Origin: Eukaryota sp. TZLM1-RC
Taxonomy: Eukaryota > Protista > Metamonada: BaSk clade
Assembly (NCBI GenBank): GCA_040285825.1
Contig: JAUPSS010000003.1
Coordinates: 1,674,001-1,738,000 of the forward strand
Length of the DNA stretch: 64,000 nucleotides
Direction of reading: 5' to 3'
A model generated the notes under the pieces. It was not told where the DNA came from and searched no databases. It worked only from the letters and a program-made list of their open reading frames with translations. Positions 31,007 through 41,566 of this stretch are shown here, piece after piece. The position numbers and the translations under genes were made by a program. Each line of letters opens with the position of its first letter. Positions within the stretch are counted from its first letter, which is position 1.

Positions 31007-32884
31007 ATGCTTCGTTTCCTTTTCGTTGTTGTACTGCTGTCAATTGCACTTGCAGATGACTATAAGCCCTTCGATATCGCGAACAAGTGGTTTGAGACTA
31101 CTTTAGCTGAAACATATGCTTCTGGTGGAGGATATTCCGTTGTTGTTGATGGAAAGATAAAACATACTTTCACAACAGGTAGAATCAACCACGATGACAC
31201 CAGTGATCACATCACCGAGGACACTTATTTTGGAATTGGTTCAGTTACCAAGCGTATGTTTTATTTTGTTCTGATCTCAGCTCTCACTGCAATTATCATT
31301 CAACAACTTATTGAAGAGGGCGAATGTTCATGGGACTCCACCGTATCGTCAATCTTGCCTTTCTGGCAATCACATGATATGATTCGCACTCATATGATGA
31401 CTCTTTCTGATCTTGCTCTTCACAAAACAGGCTTTGGAGCATACACGGGAACAACCCCGTCTTTCGGTAATGCTGGTCTCTCTCTTGAAGATTTTGTTTA
31501 TAATCTCAAACATTTTGTACCACTCCACGAATTCAGAGGAGATGACCATCTGCTATATAACAATGCTGCCTGGAATCTTGCTGGCTATATCATCGAATAT
31601 TTGGAAGACACTGATTATAGAGAAGTTGTGCAAAAACGAATTGCAGACAAACTACAAGATAAACCAAAGGTATATTGGAAATTCAGTGACCTTCTAGCTG
31701 AAGGAAAGTCGTTTGCCACTTCCTATATTGATGAAGACGATGTTGTTTACCCCATCACCGAGGATGAGCACTTAAACTCCTTCTCTTATTCATCTGCCCC
31801 TGCTGGTGGCGCTATTTTTTCCTTAAAGGACATGTCCATTCTCGTTCGTGATCTTCTCAATGGGGAGTTATTGAATAACCCTGACTCTGCGGCAGAACTC
31901 GTTCACATTGGCAATCATATCCCCCTCCCCATGCAGTTCAGAGTGGGTGGTAGTGTTGTAGTTTCGGCTGCTGGTATCGCTCGTGGTCTTTGGGTACATG
32001 ATGTCATGGGTGCTCGTTGCTTCAGCCATGGTGGTAACACGTTTGGTCATACCACCTTCTTTATGTTTTGCCCCAATATTCCTGGTCAAGACGAAGAGAC
32101 TCATGATTTCGGGTTTGTTGGTTTTAACAATATCTATGGTGGTAATTTTGTTGTACAAGAAACAGCCTATGCAGCCTTTTCTGAGGCTTTTGGTCATGGT
32201 CCTCAAACTCCACTTCCCAATGATGAGTCCGTTGAGAGCGCAAAGGTCAATGCTGATATCACTGAACTTGGAGGTTTAATGAAACCAGGATCTGAGCTGA
32301 AGAAAACTCTTTTAAAATCATTTGGCGAAGTTGATGAAGATGCTCCTGAGGCTGAAGTTACAGTAATTCCCGAAGATTTCCCCCTCCTTGACTTTCACCA
32401 CACTTTTTATGGCAATGTGACCCTTGATGCTGATTTTCCTAATGAACTCCGACTCTGGTACAATGATTTGGAGTATGAAGTCGAGGTCGCCCCGGTTGAT
32501 GGCGCTGTTGATCTTTTCACTGCATCCAACTTTCTTTACTCATTTGCTTTCCAATGTTATCGATGTCCGAATACTGGAAAAGTAACTTCTATTAGAATGT
32601 TTACCTCTGTTGGTGAAAATCCCATACTCACTACCGCAAACTATTTACAATTAGACACTCCATTTATCCCCAATAACAATCCCACTCAGCCTCCGAAGGT
32701 TGTCAAGTTTGTTGAACCAGCAGTCCATTCCAATAATGTTCCTTTAGCAGTCATTCTTGCTGCTGTTGTTAGTTTGGTTGTTTCTGGAATTGTTCTTGGT
32801 GGCATGTACCTTATTTTAAGGAAATACATTGGTGGAGGTCGTGAGATGACTGCATCTAACCCTCTCATCGCAACTAAGGTTTAG
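31007..32884 (+). CDS. Beta-lactamase-related (class C/AmpC-like) serine hydrolase with signal peptide and C-terminal TM; probable 27-nt intron 31254-31280
   Basis: SVTK (SxxK), YNN (YxN) and HGG motifs; signal peptide MLRFLFVVVLLSIALA; C-terminal hydrophobic helix. Confidence 0.88.
   Translation: MLRFLFVVVLLSIALADDYKPFDIANKWFETTLAETYASGGGYSVVVDGKIKHTFTTGRINHDDTSDHITEDTYFGIGSVTKRMFYFVLISALTAIIIQQLIEEGECSWDSTVSSILPFWQSHDMIRTHMMTLSDLALHKTGFGAYTGTTPSFGNAGLSLEDFVYNLKHFVPLHEFRGDDHLLYNNAAWNLAGYIIEYLEDTDYREVVQKRIADKLQDKPKVYWKFSDLLAEGKSFATSYIDEDDVVYPITEDEHLNSFSYSSAPAGGAIFSLKDMSILVRDLLNGELLNNPDSAAELVHIGNHIPLPMQFRVGGSVVVSAAGIARGLWVHDVMGARCFSHGGNTFGHTTFFMFCPNIPGQDEETHDFGFVGFNNIYGGNFVVQETAYAAFSEAFGHGPQTPLPNDESVESAKVNADITELGGLMKPGSELKKTLLKSFGEVDEDAPEAEVTVIPEDFPLLDFHHTFYGNVTLDADFPNELRLWYNDLEYEVEVAPVDGAVDLFTASNFLYSFAFQCYRCPNTGKVTSIRMFTSVGENPILTTANYLQLDTPFIPNNNPTQPPKVVKFVEPAVHSNNVPLAVILAAVVSLVVSGIVLGGMYLILRKYIGGGREMTASNPLIATKV
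31254..31280 (+). other. Probable 27-nt in-frame intron
   Basis: GTATGT...CTGATCTCAG; removal gives SVTKPLTA, matching the SxTKxxTA family spacing. Confidence 0.75.
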
Positions 32885-33299
32885 TTTATTTCGTTCAGGA
32901 TGTGTAAATTTTTAGTGTATAGTGGTTTTTATTTTCAACACTGGCCTTTTTATCACAATTCTTATCAAGTCATGGTAATGAATTAATTTAGAGAAGTTTA
33001 AATAGTGAAATCAGTTAAAGTAAGAGTCTTAGTTGGAAAATACAAATACATGTATTCTGTACTGTTTTTGTACTATTACAAGCGGTAAGATGAATAACAC
33101 CGAATGTATGTTTTTCTGTGGGAGATTGTGGTCGAAAAACATCAAGTAAACTTGACATTTCATGTTGCATCTAAATCAATTTCTAATGCATCTGATCGTA
33201 AAAATTGAACATTGATGAGACTATTCTTAGTGAAGGTACCATTTTCCTTCAGTAAATTAAACACAATATAAGCTATAAGTCATTTTGATGGAATATCAA

Positions 33300-34330
33300 T
33301 ATGTTTTATTAATAATCCCGTCTTTGCTGCCTTTTCATCAGACATAAGAACCTATAAATAAGAACCTTTACTCGAAGTTTTCGTTTGTTACTTTTGCCTT
33401 CTCAATTTTTGGCAACATTGGACAGTCTGCCTTGCTTTTTTTTCAATGATTTTGATAATTTATGTCGTTCATGTGGAAAAATTTTTTCAATGAATTTATG
33501 GAAGAATCGTATCATTTTTGCTTTGTACAGAAGTGTTCCTAAATACTTAAATTTAATGATGTCCAAGCTGTGTAAGGATTCCTCAAGAGTTGACGTGTAG
33601 AATTTTGTTTCTTATGTGTTTTAGTTTGTTTTGTTTCTTCGTAGAATATTATAGTTTATTTATATTATATTGTTTGATTTTAAAAAAAATTTATGTACTG
33701 TATTTATATTGATATAAAATTCTATCCAATATTCAATATCCTCCAAACATTCTCCAGAGTTTCTTATGTGTTTTAATTTATTTTGTTTTGTTTTGTTTCT
33801 TTGTAGACTAAAATTGAAATTACATGTTTTATTAAAAAATTTGTCATGAACAATCAACGTAAAATACTGATCTTGCAACACTTTAAAGCCACTGTCTTCT
33901 TTCTTGATTCACCTGTATTTATTTGAGATAAGAATAAGATCAGATCTTAACTCAGTGACAACCAAAGGAAAATTGGCATTGAAATTGTTCGATAATGTCA
34001 ATCGCAATCAATATCACAAATTCTAGGAAAGGAAGTAAGTGGTTAACAAACTTATTTGTAATTGAATCATGTCTCAATTTAGATCTACTGTGTAGTTCGG
34101 GGACTTGATAACTTGGACAACTACATAAAAAGTGACACAACGTAGCAGGCTCAGATTGACAAAATGATTACACTGGAGGCAATGGATTAGATCCATCAGG
34201 CATCTTCCGACAAATTGTCCATCGATAGAGGTGATCAGCAGTGGGTAATACATTCAGAGAAGAATTAATTATAAACTTAATGATTCTAGGAATGATGAAC
34301 ATGGACAACCAATGATTATAAGTGTTCATA
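33300..34330. mobile_element. Mixed-orientation RLE retrotransposon debris
   Basis: Plus strand LWKNRIIFALYRSVP; minus strand HFLCSC..RHD knuckle and CLEDIEY tail. Confidence 0.6.
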
Positions 34331-34416
34331 TTTTCTGAGTTTAATTAATATTCATTGAAGATTGTACTTTACACTCCATGCTTGTGTCGATTCTTCTTGT
34401 AAACTTTTATCAAAGG

Positions 34417-34646
34417 TGTTAAAAAAATTTGTAACAGTGCATGCGAAAATTCGTGGCATAAAGATCACAATACTTCGTTGAATATGAACGCCGTGATCGA
34501 AGCACATGTTAATGGTGGAGATAGACAAGTAGATTTGTAGAGAGCCAATGTAGAATTCGGTATAAAAAGCGGATTAAAGAAACGGTTGATCAAAAAACTC
34601 AATCTCTCTACATTTCATTGTTATAAAGATTATCTTTAAGAATGAC
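34417..34646 (+). promoter_or_regulatory. Dead Fanzor 3'-end cassette fused to the SPEF2-like start codon (leader family 1)
   Basis: Roughly 90% identical by eye to the reverse complement of 53972-54185 and homologous to Fanzor 52440-52670; ends TATCTTTAAGA-ATGAC. Confidence 0.88.
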
Positions 34647-37600
34647 TCAGTCTTTTCAGCTGCCGACTCCAGCTGAAATGAACTCTGCTGCTTTGGCTTA
34701 TGAACAGCTCATTAAAGCTAAACGTGAAAAAGAGCGCACTCTTCGTAAACAACGAAACATCAGGCGTAGGAAACTTTTGTCTGCGCTAGACACTACCTCC
34801 CCATCCTTCGAAAACGACATTCATTCAGAAGAACTTCATCAACAGTCTTTTGCACAATCCACACCAGAAAAACCCATCTCATCTCTTTCCTCCAAGATTC
34901 AAACTCTAGACTCTTGTTTGTCCACCAAATCAAAGACCTTCCACCACAAAGTGCATGAACAGGAAACAATGGACATGGAGAAATATGATCAAGTTGAGAA
35001 GGTTCATAAACAACATAGGACAGAGCTAGCACGAAGAAGAACGGAAGCTGAACTTTGTAGATATCAAGAACTCAAACAGCGTAGCCAGCGTCTTTTGAAT
35101 CGAGAAGCCAATCAAATCACGTCATCAATCATTTCAGATTTGATTGATGACGTCAGCACTATCACTGACATGAGGTCTCAATCACGACTCTATGATTATT
35201 CTCCCACAGAATGCAAAGAGCTTGATCATTCTCTCACGAATCAGTTACTATGCGAAGAAGAAAATGAGGATGATGAAGGGCCTTGCTCAGTCAAAATGGA
35301 CACGTCATCCTTTTTGACCCTAATCAAATCAATCAAGAACATCGTTGATCCGCCTCCACCTCCAGTAGAACCCCCTAAACTTTCACCATTTCCTATTAAG
35401 CTGATGGTAGTTGGACCTAGTTGCAGTGGCAAGACTAGGATCTGTCAATTGTTGAGTAAGCGGTTTGAGTTTGTTCTTGTCAGTAAAGCAGTCTTTGAAA
35501 GTCTATTGGAATCTGACCTAGATCAAAATGATGACGTGTTTGTTAGGAAAAATGTTGAATTGTTGAAGAAATTTAAAGAAAATCCTGATGATTCTGAACT
35601 CCTGGCTGATCTTATTTTCAATTTTGTTAACAATGATGATGAAACCAAAGGTTTTGTTATCGACGCTTCTTTATTCTCCTTTGATGAAATTTGTATGGTT
35701 GAGCAAAAGTTTACCGGTAACAATCCTTCAAGCTTGTTGGCAAAGAAGAAACCTGGAAAACAAACAAAGAGTCAATCATTTTCCTCTATTTTTGATCTTG
35801 TTATCAGTATAGAGGCCACCTTGGAGAATTGTTCCATTCGTAACCAAAATAGAATTCTTGTAAATAATCAGGTGTTCAACTCTCAACTGGATCCTCCTCC
35901 TTTTGAAGGAGAGTTCACTAGTGAAGTAGCAGAATTGGTGCCCGTTGCTGAAAGATATCATGAATTTGAAGAAGTTTCTAAATCTATTACCACTATTTAT
36001 TCTCAGAGTGTAAGTAATCCTTTGAAATCAATCAATTCTGATGGAAAGGAAGTTTCCGAAGTTTTGAGTGTAGTAGAAAATGAAGTTTGCTCTACTATAG
36101 CACAAATTAATGAAGCTTTAGAAAAACAAAGATTAGAAAAAGAAAAGGAAGAACTTGAAGTTTTGAAAAAACAAGAAGAATTAAATGCAAATAAATCTGA
36201 GGAAGAATTAAAATTGGAAGAATTACAAAAGCAATTTGAAGTTTTAAAGGAAACTAATGTCGTCATTGATGACTTGGAGATGTTAACTGTTGACGTTTGC
36301 AATGATGTTTTCCAAAAATGGCAGTCTGTAGTTTCCGATGCAAAGCAATCAATCTCTTCCTTGATTAATGATTACAATGCCATAAGGACAAATTCGGTAA
36401 ATAATTCCTTTGCTATTTCCGACTTTGTTTCTCAACTATTCACTTCGCCTATTCAAGAATTAGATTTTGAATTACTAAATATTCAAAAAGAAATTGCTAA
36501 ACTGCACCCCAAACTCCGCTCAGATCCAGAAATTAAATCACATTTAGCTTTAAAAGTTGCTGAATCAAGAGACTTAATGCTTGGTGTTATTAATGATTGT
36601 ATGGGTAATTACCTCTCTAAAATTAAAGAGGTTATCTTTTCCAATTCTTTTATTGAATTAGCTGAAAAAGTTCTGTTATTGTCAATTCATTTGATTAAAC
36701 ATTGTTGCACTAAATTCAATGCTGATTTTACTTTAATTTTAGAGGTGTTTTCTTTAATTTGTAACATTAGCCTACCTGAATTGGAGTCGAAACCTTCAAA
36801 AACAAATGCAAGTTCTTCTAAATCATCCAAAACAGACACAAAGTCTAGTAAAAAGCAAGAAAAATCACCAATTACTCCATCTGTCACCCCTTTCAAGTTG
36901 AGCTTGAAAGATGATATTGGGCCAGATACTTCCGATTTGGGTGCTGTAGAGAAGTACGATCACGTGGAAGTCTTGAAAAGTCCTCTCCAATCAGCTGAAA
37001 ATCAATATATTTTGGTTGAAAAAGCCAAAAACCACTGGAATGTTGCGCTTTCTGTCTTGGATACTGAAATTACGGAATTTGAAAGTAAATTAGCTGATTT
37101 AAACTCAAAGTTCGATACCTTAACCCTCGAATTATCTGAAAACCTTGATAATGAAGAATTATTTGAACAAGCTGAATCAATGAAACAACTAATTATTCAA
37201 ACTAAAAAAATTATTTCTCTCAAAAAATCAGCAAAAACTTTCCTCCCTCAAGGAATTTCACTTTTAAACTCACTTGAGGATAGATTCAATGCAGTTCTGA
37301 CCCACTTATCTTATCTTTGTGAGCGTGAATTGAAAATTTTGTCTGGTTGCACTCAATCAATTGCTCTTTATATTCAATCAAATTTGATTAGGGTCAGAAA
37401 AGAGCTCAAAAGTGTCGTTTTTAATGCAGAAGATTTATTGAGAGATGCAATTAAGAACGAATCTCCAATCAATGGTGTCTTGAAGGTCAATTACTCTACA
37501 TTGTCCGATAGTTTCGCAATCAAATTAATCCTTGACCAATCAAGACCGATTGTAGACCTTCCTGTCGATTTAGAACAAGTTCCTTTTGAACAGAATCTAA

Positions 37601-38370
37601 CACATCAACAACCTTGTGTTTTATTTGAATTGTTTTGTAGAGAATTAGTCAATTTTCTTGGTGGTAGATTATACGTTTCTATTCATGATTTATCTAGTTT
37701 TCTTTACACTTGCTCCTCGTCCCTCCTCTCCCTTCCTTGTTTACCATCATATTGGCAAGGGCTTTCCAGGGCTGATATCGAAGCAGTACTGACTCAGGTT
37801 TACCCCACTAATGTTGATGTTGATTATCGTCATTTTTTGGGTAGTTTAATATTAGATTCTCCTGTTAATGACGAAATGACCTCATTTTCTGATAACTTGA
37901 ACTTTGAATCCTTTAGGGATTTGGTCAAAATTTTACCAATCGATAGTGTTTATGGTGAAGTGGCAAAACCACTTTTTAAACTGTTTTCCGACAATCAGAA
38001 GGTTCCATTCAAGTCTTTTCTTCCTTTTATATGGAGGAGGGAAAGTAATTTTGAGGGAATTGTTTCTCTTGCTTGTGAAATTTATGGTTCAAAATGCGGA
38101 ATTAATGAATTATCTTTTCTATTTAATTTTGGTTTAGAATCAAATTTGATTCTTTCTAATGATTTAGGGTGTTTTTTCCCAAATTCTAATAGTGTAAGTA
38201 TAGAATCTATTGCTAAATTACCTTTATTTAAAAGATTAGCCGAAAGAAATCCAATGTTCCATTTCCAATCATTCAAAAATTTGATTGAAAACATCGAAAA
38301 GGGAGAAAAATCACTGAAACTTCCTGCAGCCCCCACTATAAAGAAATCTGCTAAAAAGAGCCAAAAATAA
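34642..38370 (+). CDS. SPEF2/CPC1-like central-apparatus protein (adenylate-kinase-like domain, coiled coils), apparently without the N-terminal CH domain
   Basis: R-rich coil (RNIRRRKLL), P-loop VVGPSCSGKT, GFVID, C-terminal VDYRHFL resembling SPEF2 VDWRKFL. Confidence 0.65.
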   Translation: MTQSFQLPTPAEMNSAALAYEQLIKAKREKERTLRKQRNIRRRKLLSALDTTSPSFENDIHSEELHQQSFAQSTPEKPISSLSSKIQTLDSCLSTKSKTFHHKVHEQETMDMEKYDQVEKVHKQHRTELARRRTEAELCRYQELKQRSQRLLNREANQITSSIISDLIDDVSTITDMRSQSRLYDYSPTECKELDHSLTNQLLCEEENEDDEGPCSVKMDTSSFLTLIKSIKNIVDPPPPPVEPPKLSPFPIKLMVVGPSCSGKTRICQLLSKRFEFVLVSKAVFESLLESDLDQNDDVFVRKNVELLKKFKENPDDSELLADLIFNFVNNDDETKGFVIDASLFSFDEICMVEQKFTGNNPSSLLAKKKPGKQTKSQSFSSIFDLVISIEATLENCSIRNQNRILVNNQVFNSQLDPPPFEGEFTSEVAELVPVAERYHEFEEVSKSITTIYSQSVSNPLKSINSDGKEVSEVLSVVENEVCSTIAQINEALEKQRLEKEKEELEVLKKQEELNANKSEEELKLEELQKQFEVLKETNVVIDDLEMLTVDVCNDVFQKWQSVVSDAKQSISSLINDYNAIRTNSVNNSFAISDFVSQLFTSPIQELDFELLNIQKEIAKLHPKLRSDPEIKSHLALKVAESRDLMLGVINDCMGNYLSKIKEVIFSNSFIELAEKVLLLSIHLIKHCCTKFNADFTLILEVFSLICNISLPELESKPSKTNASSSKSSKTDTKSSKKQEKSPITPSVTPFKLSLKDDIGPDTSDLGAVEKYDHVEVLKSPLQSAENQYILVEKAKNHWNVALSVLDTEITEFESKLADLNSKFDTLTLELSENLDNEELFEQAESMKQLIIQTKKIISLKKSAKTFLPQGISLLNSLEDRFNAVLTHLSYLCERELKILSGCTQSIALYIQSNLIRVRKELKSVVFNAEDLLRDAIKNESPINGVLKVNYSTLSDSFAIKLILDQSRPIVDLPVDLEQVPFEQNLTHQQPCVLFELFCRELVNFLGGRLYVSIHDLSSFLYTCSSSLLSLPCLPSYWQGLSRADIEAVLTQVYPTNVDVDYRHFLGSLILDSPVNDEMTSFSDNLNFESFRDLVKILPIDSVYGEVAKPLFKLFSDNQKVPFKSFLPFIWRRESNFEGIVSLACEIYGSKCGINELSFLFNFGLESNLILSNDLGCFFPNSNSVSIESIAKLPLFKRLAERNPMFHFQSFKNLIENIEKGEKSLKLPAAPTIKKSAKKSQK

Positions 38371-38392
38371 GGTCTTAATTAATTTTGTATTA

Positions 38393-38948
38393 TTAGTTTA
38401 ATGTTTTTAGGGACATTTTTGTAACAATTAAATTTAATAAATTTTGATTTTTTTCTAACATTTCATTAGAAATCTCAAAAGCTTGCATCAATTCTTTGAC
38501 GTTACAGTTCTCTTCTAAATCATTCAAACCGACAAGTTCTCCCTTCACTATCTTGACATCCTTTTGCGACAATTGTTCATCTGATTGAGAGATCTTGGCT
38601 AGTAGAACATCCGTAGTGGAAGCTGAATCCACTCCAAAGTGCCTAATAGTTTCTGTCATCTATGGTTAGTCTAGATTAACGTCAATATACATTTTTGGAA
38701 GGACCAAAAGAAAACAAAAGCTCTGTGCCACTCGGCCTGTTACGAAAAAGTTTGGAGTTTTGGTTCATGACAACAGCTTCCGCGGCACAGATAAGTTGGA
38801 AAACGTCAAGAACCATGTCAGTCCTAATGAGTGTAAAATCAAGAGTTTTGTTGAAGACAGCATCACGGACTTCGAGGGTATTGGTAACATTAGAGAAACG
38901 GAAGATGTGGAGGAAATGTGACTTGTTGAGGGGGATAACGGTAGACAT
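38393..38948 (-). CDS. TPRKB: KEOPS subunit CGI-121/TPRKB; exons 38948..38691 and 38659..38393 (174 aa)
   Basis: Spliced junction GTELLFSFGPSKN|MTETIRHFGV matches the CGI-121 consensus; C-terminal IVTKMSLK. Confidence 0.88.
38660..38690 (-). other. Spliceosomal intron (31 nt)
   Basis: GTATAT...ACTAACCATAG, the same 3' 11-mer as the helicase intron; phase 0. Confidence 0.9.
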
Positions 38949-39019
38949 CGTATAATAGCACAAAGATGTCAAATAGTAGTAACCCGTTGGGATTACTGGA
39001 ATATGAAGATGAAATGAAT
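38944..39019 (-). promoter_or_regulatory. Shared 5' leader/ATG cassette family 2 (CGI-121 copy)
   Basis: 69/76 identity to 28467-28542. Confidence 0.85.
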
Positions 39020-39064
39020 CAAGTTGATCTTTTCAAAACTTTTTTATTTATTTTTTACTTTTCA

Positions 39065-40380
39065 TTAATATATTTTTAAAACTACAGTGTAAAAATCAAT
39101 ATCCTCAAAACAAGCTTCCACACCATCAAACCTTACAGCAGCAATGTCTTCGTAATGTGCACTGACAGACATCAGAGCTTTCGAAATCATTTTAGGAATT
39201 GTTTTGAAAATAGTAAAAACAATACGATTCAACCACAAACGATGATCAAAAAGCTTATTCATTCTTCTTTTTACAAGATTTTCAAAATCATCAATAAAAG
39301 TCATTGCAGTTTTTGCAAGACGTCCATACAAAGAAATACCAAATCGACAAATTTGGTAATCCACATGGCGAACTTGTTTCAATTCTTTCAAAAGATTTGC
39401 ACATTTCTTTCGTTTGTACAATTCTGAATCATCAAGGCAGGATACTTAAGATTGTACATTTTTCAGGGCATTTTTTGCAAACACTGTTACGACACCACTG
39501 TTACGACATCAAAAACATTCAAGACACCATCAAATGGGGGCACAACAACATCAGCACGTCGTTTTCCATAGTTTGAATCTCTTGAATTTTCATTTATATC
39601 AAGAAACCTCAGCAACGGTTCTACAAATGATTCAAAATGCTAAGAATTGCACATTACATGGAATTGATTTCTGACAGCATCATGCAAAGTAGAACGATAA
39701 AAATTAAATCTGTTGCATTTAAATAAATGTGATGATGTCAAACCTGCTCCACATTTGCAAAACACATCATTTTGCAAATTATGAGGCCATAGATAACAAC
39801 GCATTCTCATTGCAGTAGTCCATTTTAGTCCATTGATCGTCATTTAAAAATAAACCTTAATGTGGGGAATATGATTCAACAAAACTGCAGATGGACTCTC
39901 CTTCAAATCAATTAAAAAAATGGCAAAAACAGGATTTTCTTTCTTAGCCGTGCTAAATCAAACAATGAAATTCTTACTTTGAAATTTTTTCAAAAGATTA
40001 TTTTGGAGGTTTTCAACGCAAACTTCAATGGAAACAAACTTCTTTCTGGAATGTCTTGAATAGCTACAGCGGAACATGATTGTCATAACCGAGGAGATAA
40101 ACTGAATACTTCTTCTCTTAAGTTATCCAGAAATAGACTATTTGTTCTTTCAAGAAGATTTTCGGCAAAAGAATATCTTCTAGAAAATTCAAAGACAAAA
40201 CTTTTTCCACCACCAATGAATGTAGCTTTGGTCAATTACTTTGATGGATAGAAACCAACACAGCCAAGTTGAACTTCAAAATCAATAATATGATTTTTCA
40301 AAATTGTGGGATCAATTGGCATTAAAAATGCCATATATTCTGTACGTATTTTGTTAAATTATCTACAAATATCGTAACAT
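39065..40380 (-). mobile_element. RLE retrotransposon family D-like, decayed
   Basis: WTTAMRMRC..CKC..HLFKC..HDAVRN; WLNRIVFT; FEDIDF tail. Confidence 0.85.
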
Positions 40381-40402
40381 AATGATCTTTCATTTCTTTT
40401 GA

Positions 40403-40555
40403 GTTACTGATCCACAGCATAAATCGTATCAAGAAGAGCATTGACATTACGATTGCATAGACATCCACACTAGTTGCAAGTGAGTAATCCATGTCTAAGG
40501 ACTGTTGGAGTCTTTGCTCTCCTGTAAGGTCTTCAATTAGGTACTCGACACTTCT
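40403..40555 (-). pseudogene. Fanzor1 C-terminal remnant, same family as 28979-29220
   Basis: CRVPN*RPYRRAKTPTVLRHGLLTCN*CGCLCNRNVNALLD; DNA colinear with 29030-29165. Confidence 0.8.
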
Positions 40556-40637
40556 TTTTCGCTGTTTTCTGGTCTCTCAAGGCTTTTTGCCAGCTTTCAT
40601 TTTCAATTGTATGGTATTGTTACTCATTTTTGTTTGC

Positions 40638-41020
40638 CTCTTTCAAATGCTGAAAATTTTAAATTCAAAAAATACAATGAACCTTTGTCCAAATTGGCCA
40701 GTCTACAGCATGCAAAATACAATTTGTATCCATTGGTATTTTCCCTTTTTGGTTCACTTGCACCAACTGCTTTACGTTTTTTGGATGATTTTGAATTGAT
40801 TGTAAAGAGAAGAACTGGGAGAAATTTCAACAGATTGTTTTGGCAAAATAGAATTGTGTTTTCTATTTTTAAGGGGATGTTGAAGATGGTTTCTGATGCT
40901 TTGCTGTCTCTTGGTTCTCACTATGAGAGAGTTGCATCTAGTGTTTTTGTTCTGGGAGAGATGGATTTTTTAGATGTTGATTTATAGGTTTAGAATAAAA
41001 TTAAATTTAAAAAAAAACAT
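40638..41020 (+). mobile_element. Retrotransposon family B 3' end with A-rich tail
   Basis: Near-identical to the reverse complement of 30470-30850. Confidence 0.9.
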
Positions 41021-41149
41021 TTTTGTTTGCTGAGACGTTTTCTGGGCCTGATTTTCAACAGCATTGATATCTTTGAAGTTGTAACAGGCTTTTTGCTTAC
41101 TAATATTTGATTTTCTGTAATTACGATTTGCAGAAGTAGCAATTTTATC

Positions 41150-41382
41150 GCACATTTGTAAAAATTGGTTGAAGAAAAACCAATAAAACGATTTGATATT
41201 TTTCCATAGCGCTCACTAATTCAATTCGCCAGCATTAATCGATTTCCTCGGTTCTTTCATGGAATATGAGAAGCAATGGCGAGACGACAAGCGGACCAAG
41301 ATTTTGTAGAGGAAATCTTGGTTAACCAATTTTGTCCCATTAGTTATGATTATATCTTATTAAGTGTTGTATTTCAATAAAA
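41150..41382 (+). mobile_element. Retrotransposon family A 3' end, older copy
   Basis: RRQADQDFVEEILV plus the 3' UTR cccattagttatga..caataaa. Confidence 0.8.
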
Positions 41383-41566
41383 AACCTAATTTAAATTTAA
41401 TTTCATGATCCTTATGTTGACAAGGCACACATTATCTAAAAACATAATTCCATCAAATATTCAAAATTAGTAATTGGTTTAATGAGAACTCTTCACTACA
41501 AATAAAAAAAGGTCACTATCTAATTACAAAATGTTACTAGAAAACACTAGAAAAACAGACCAAAAA

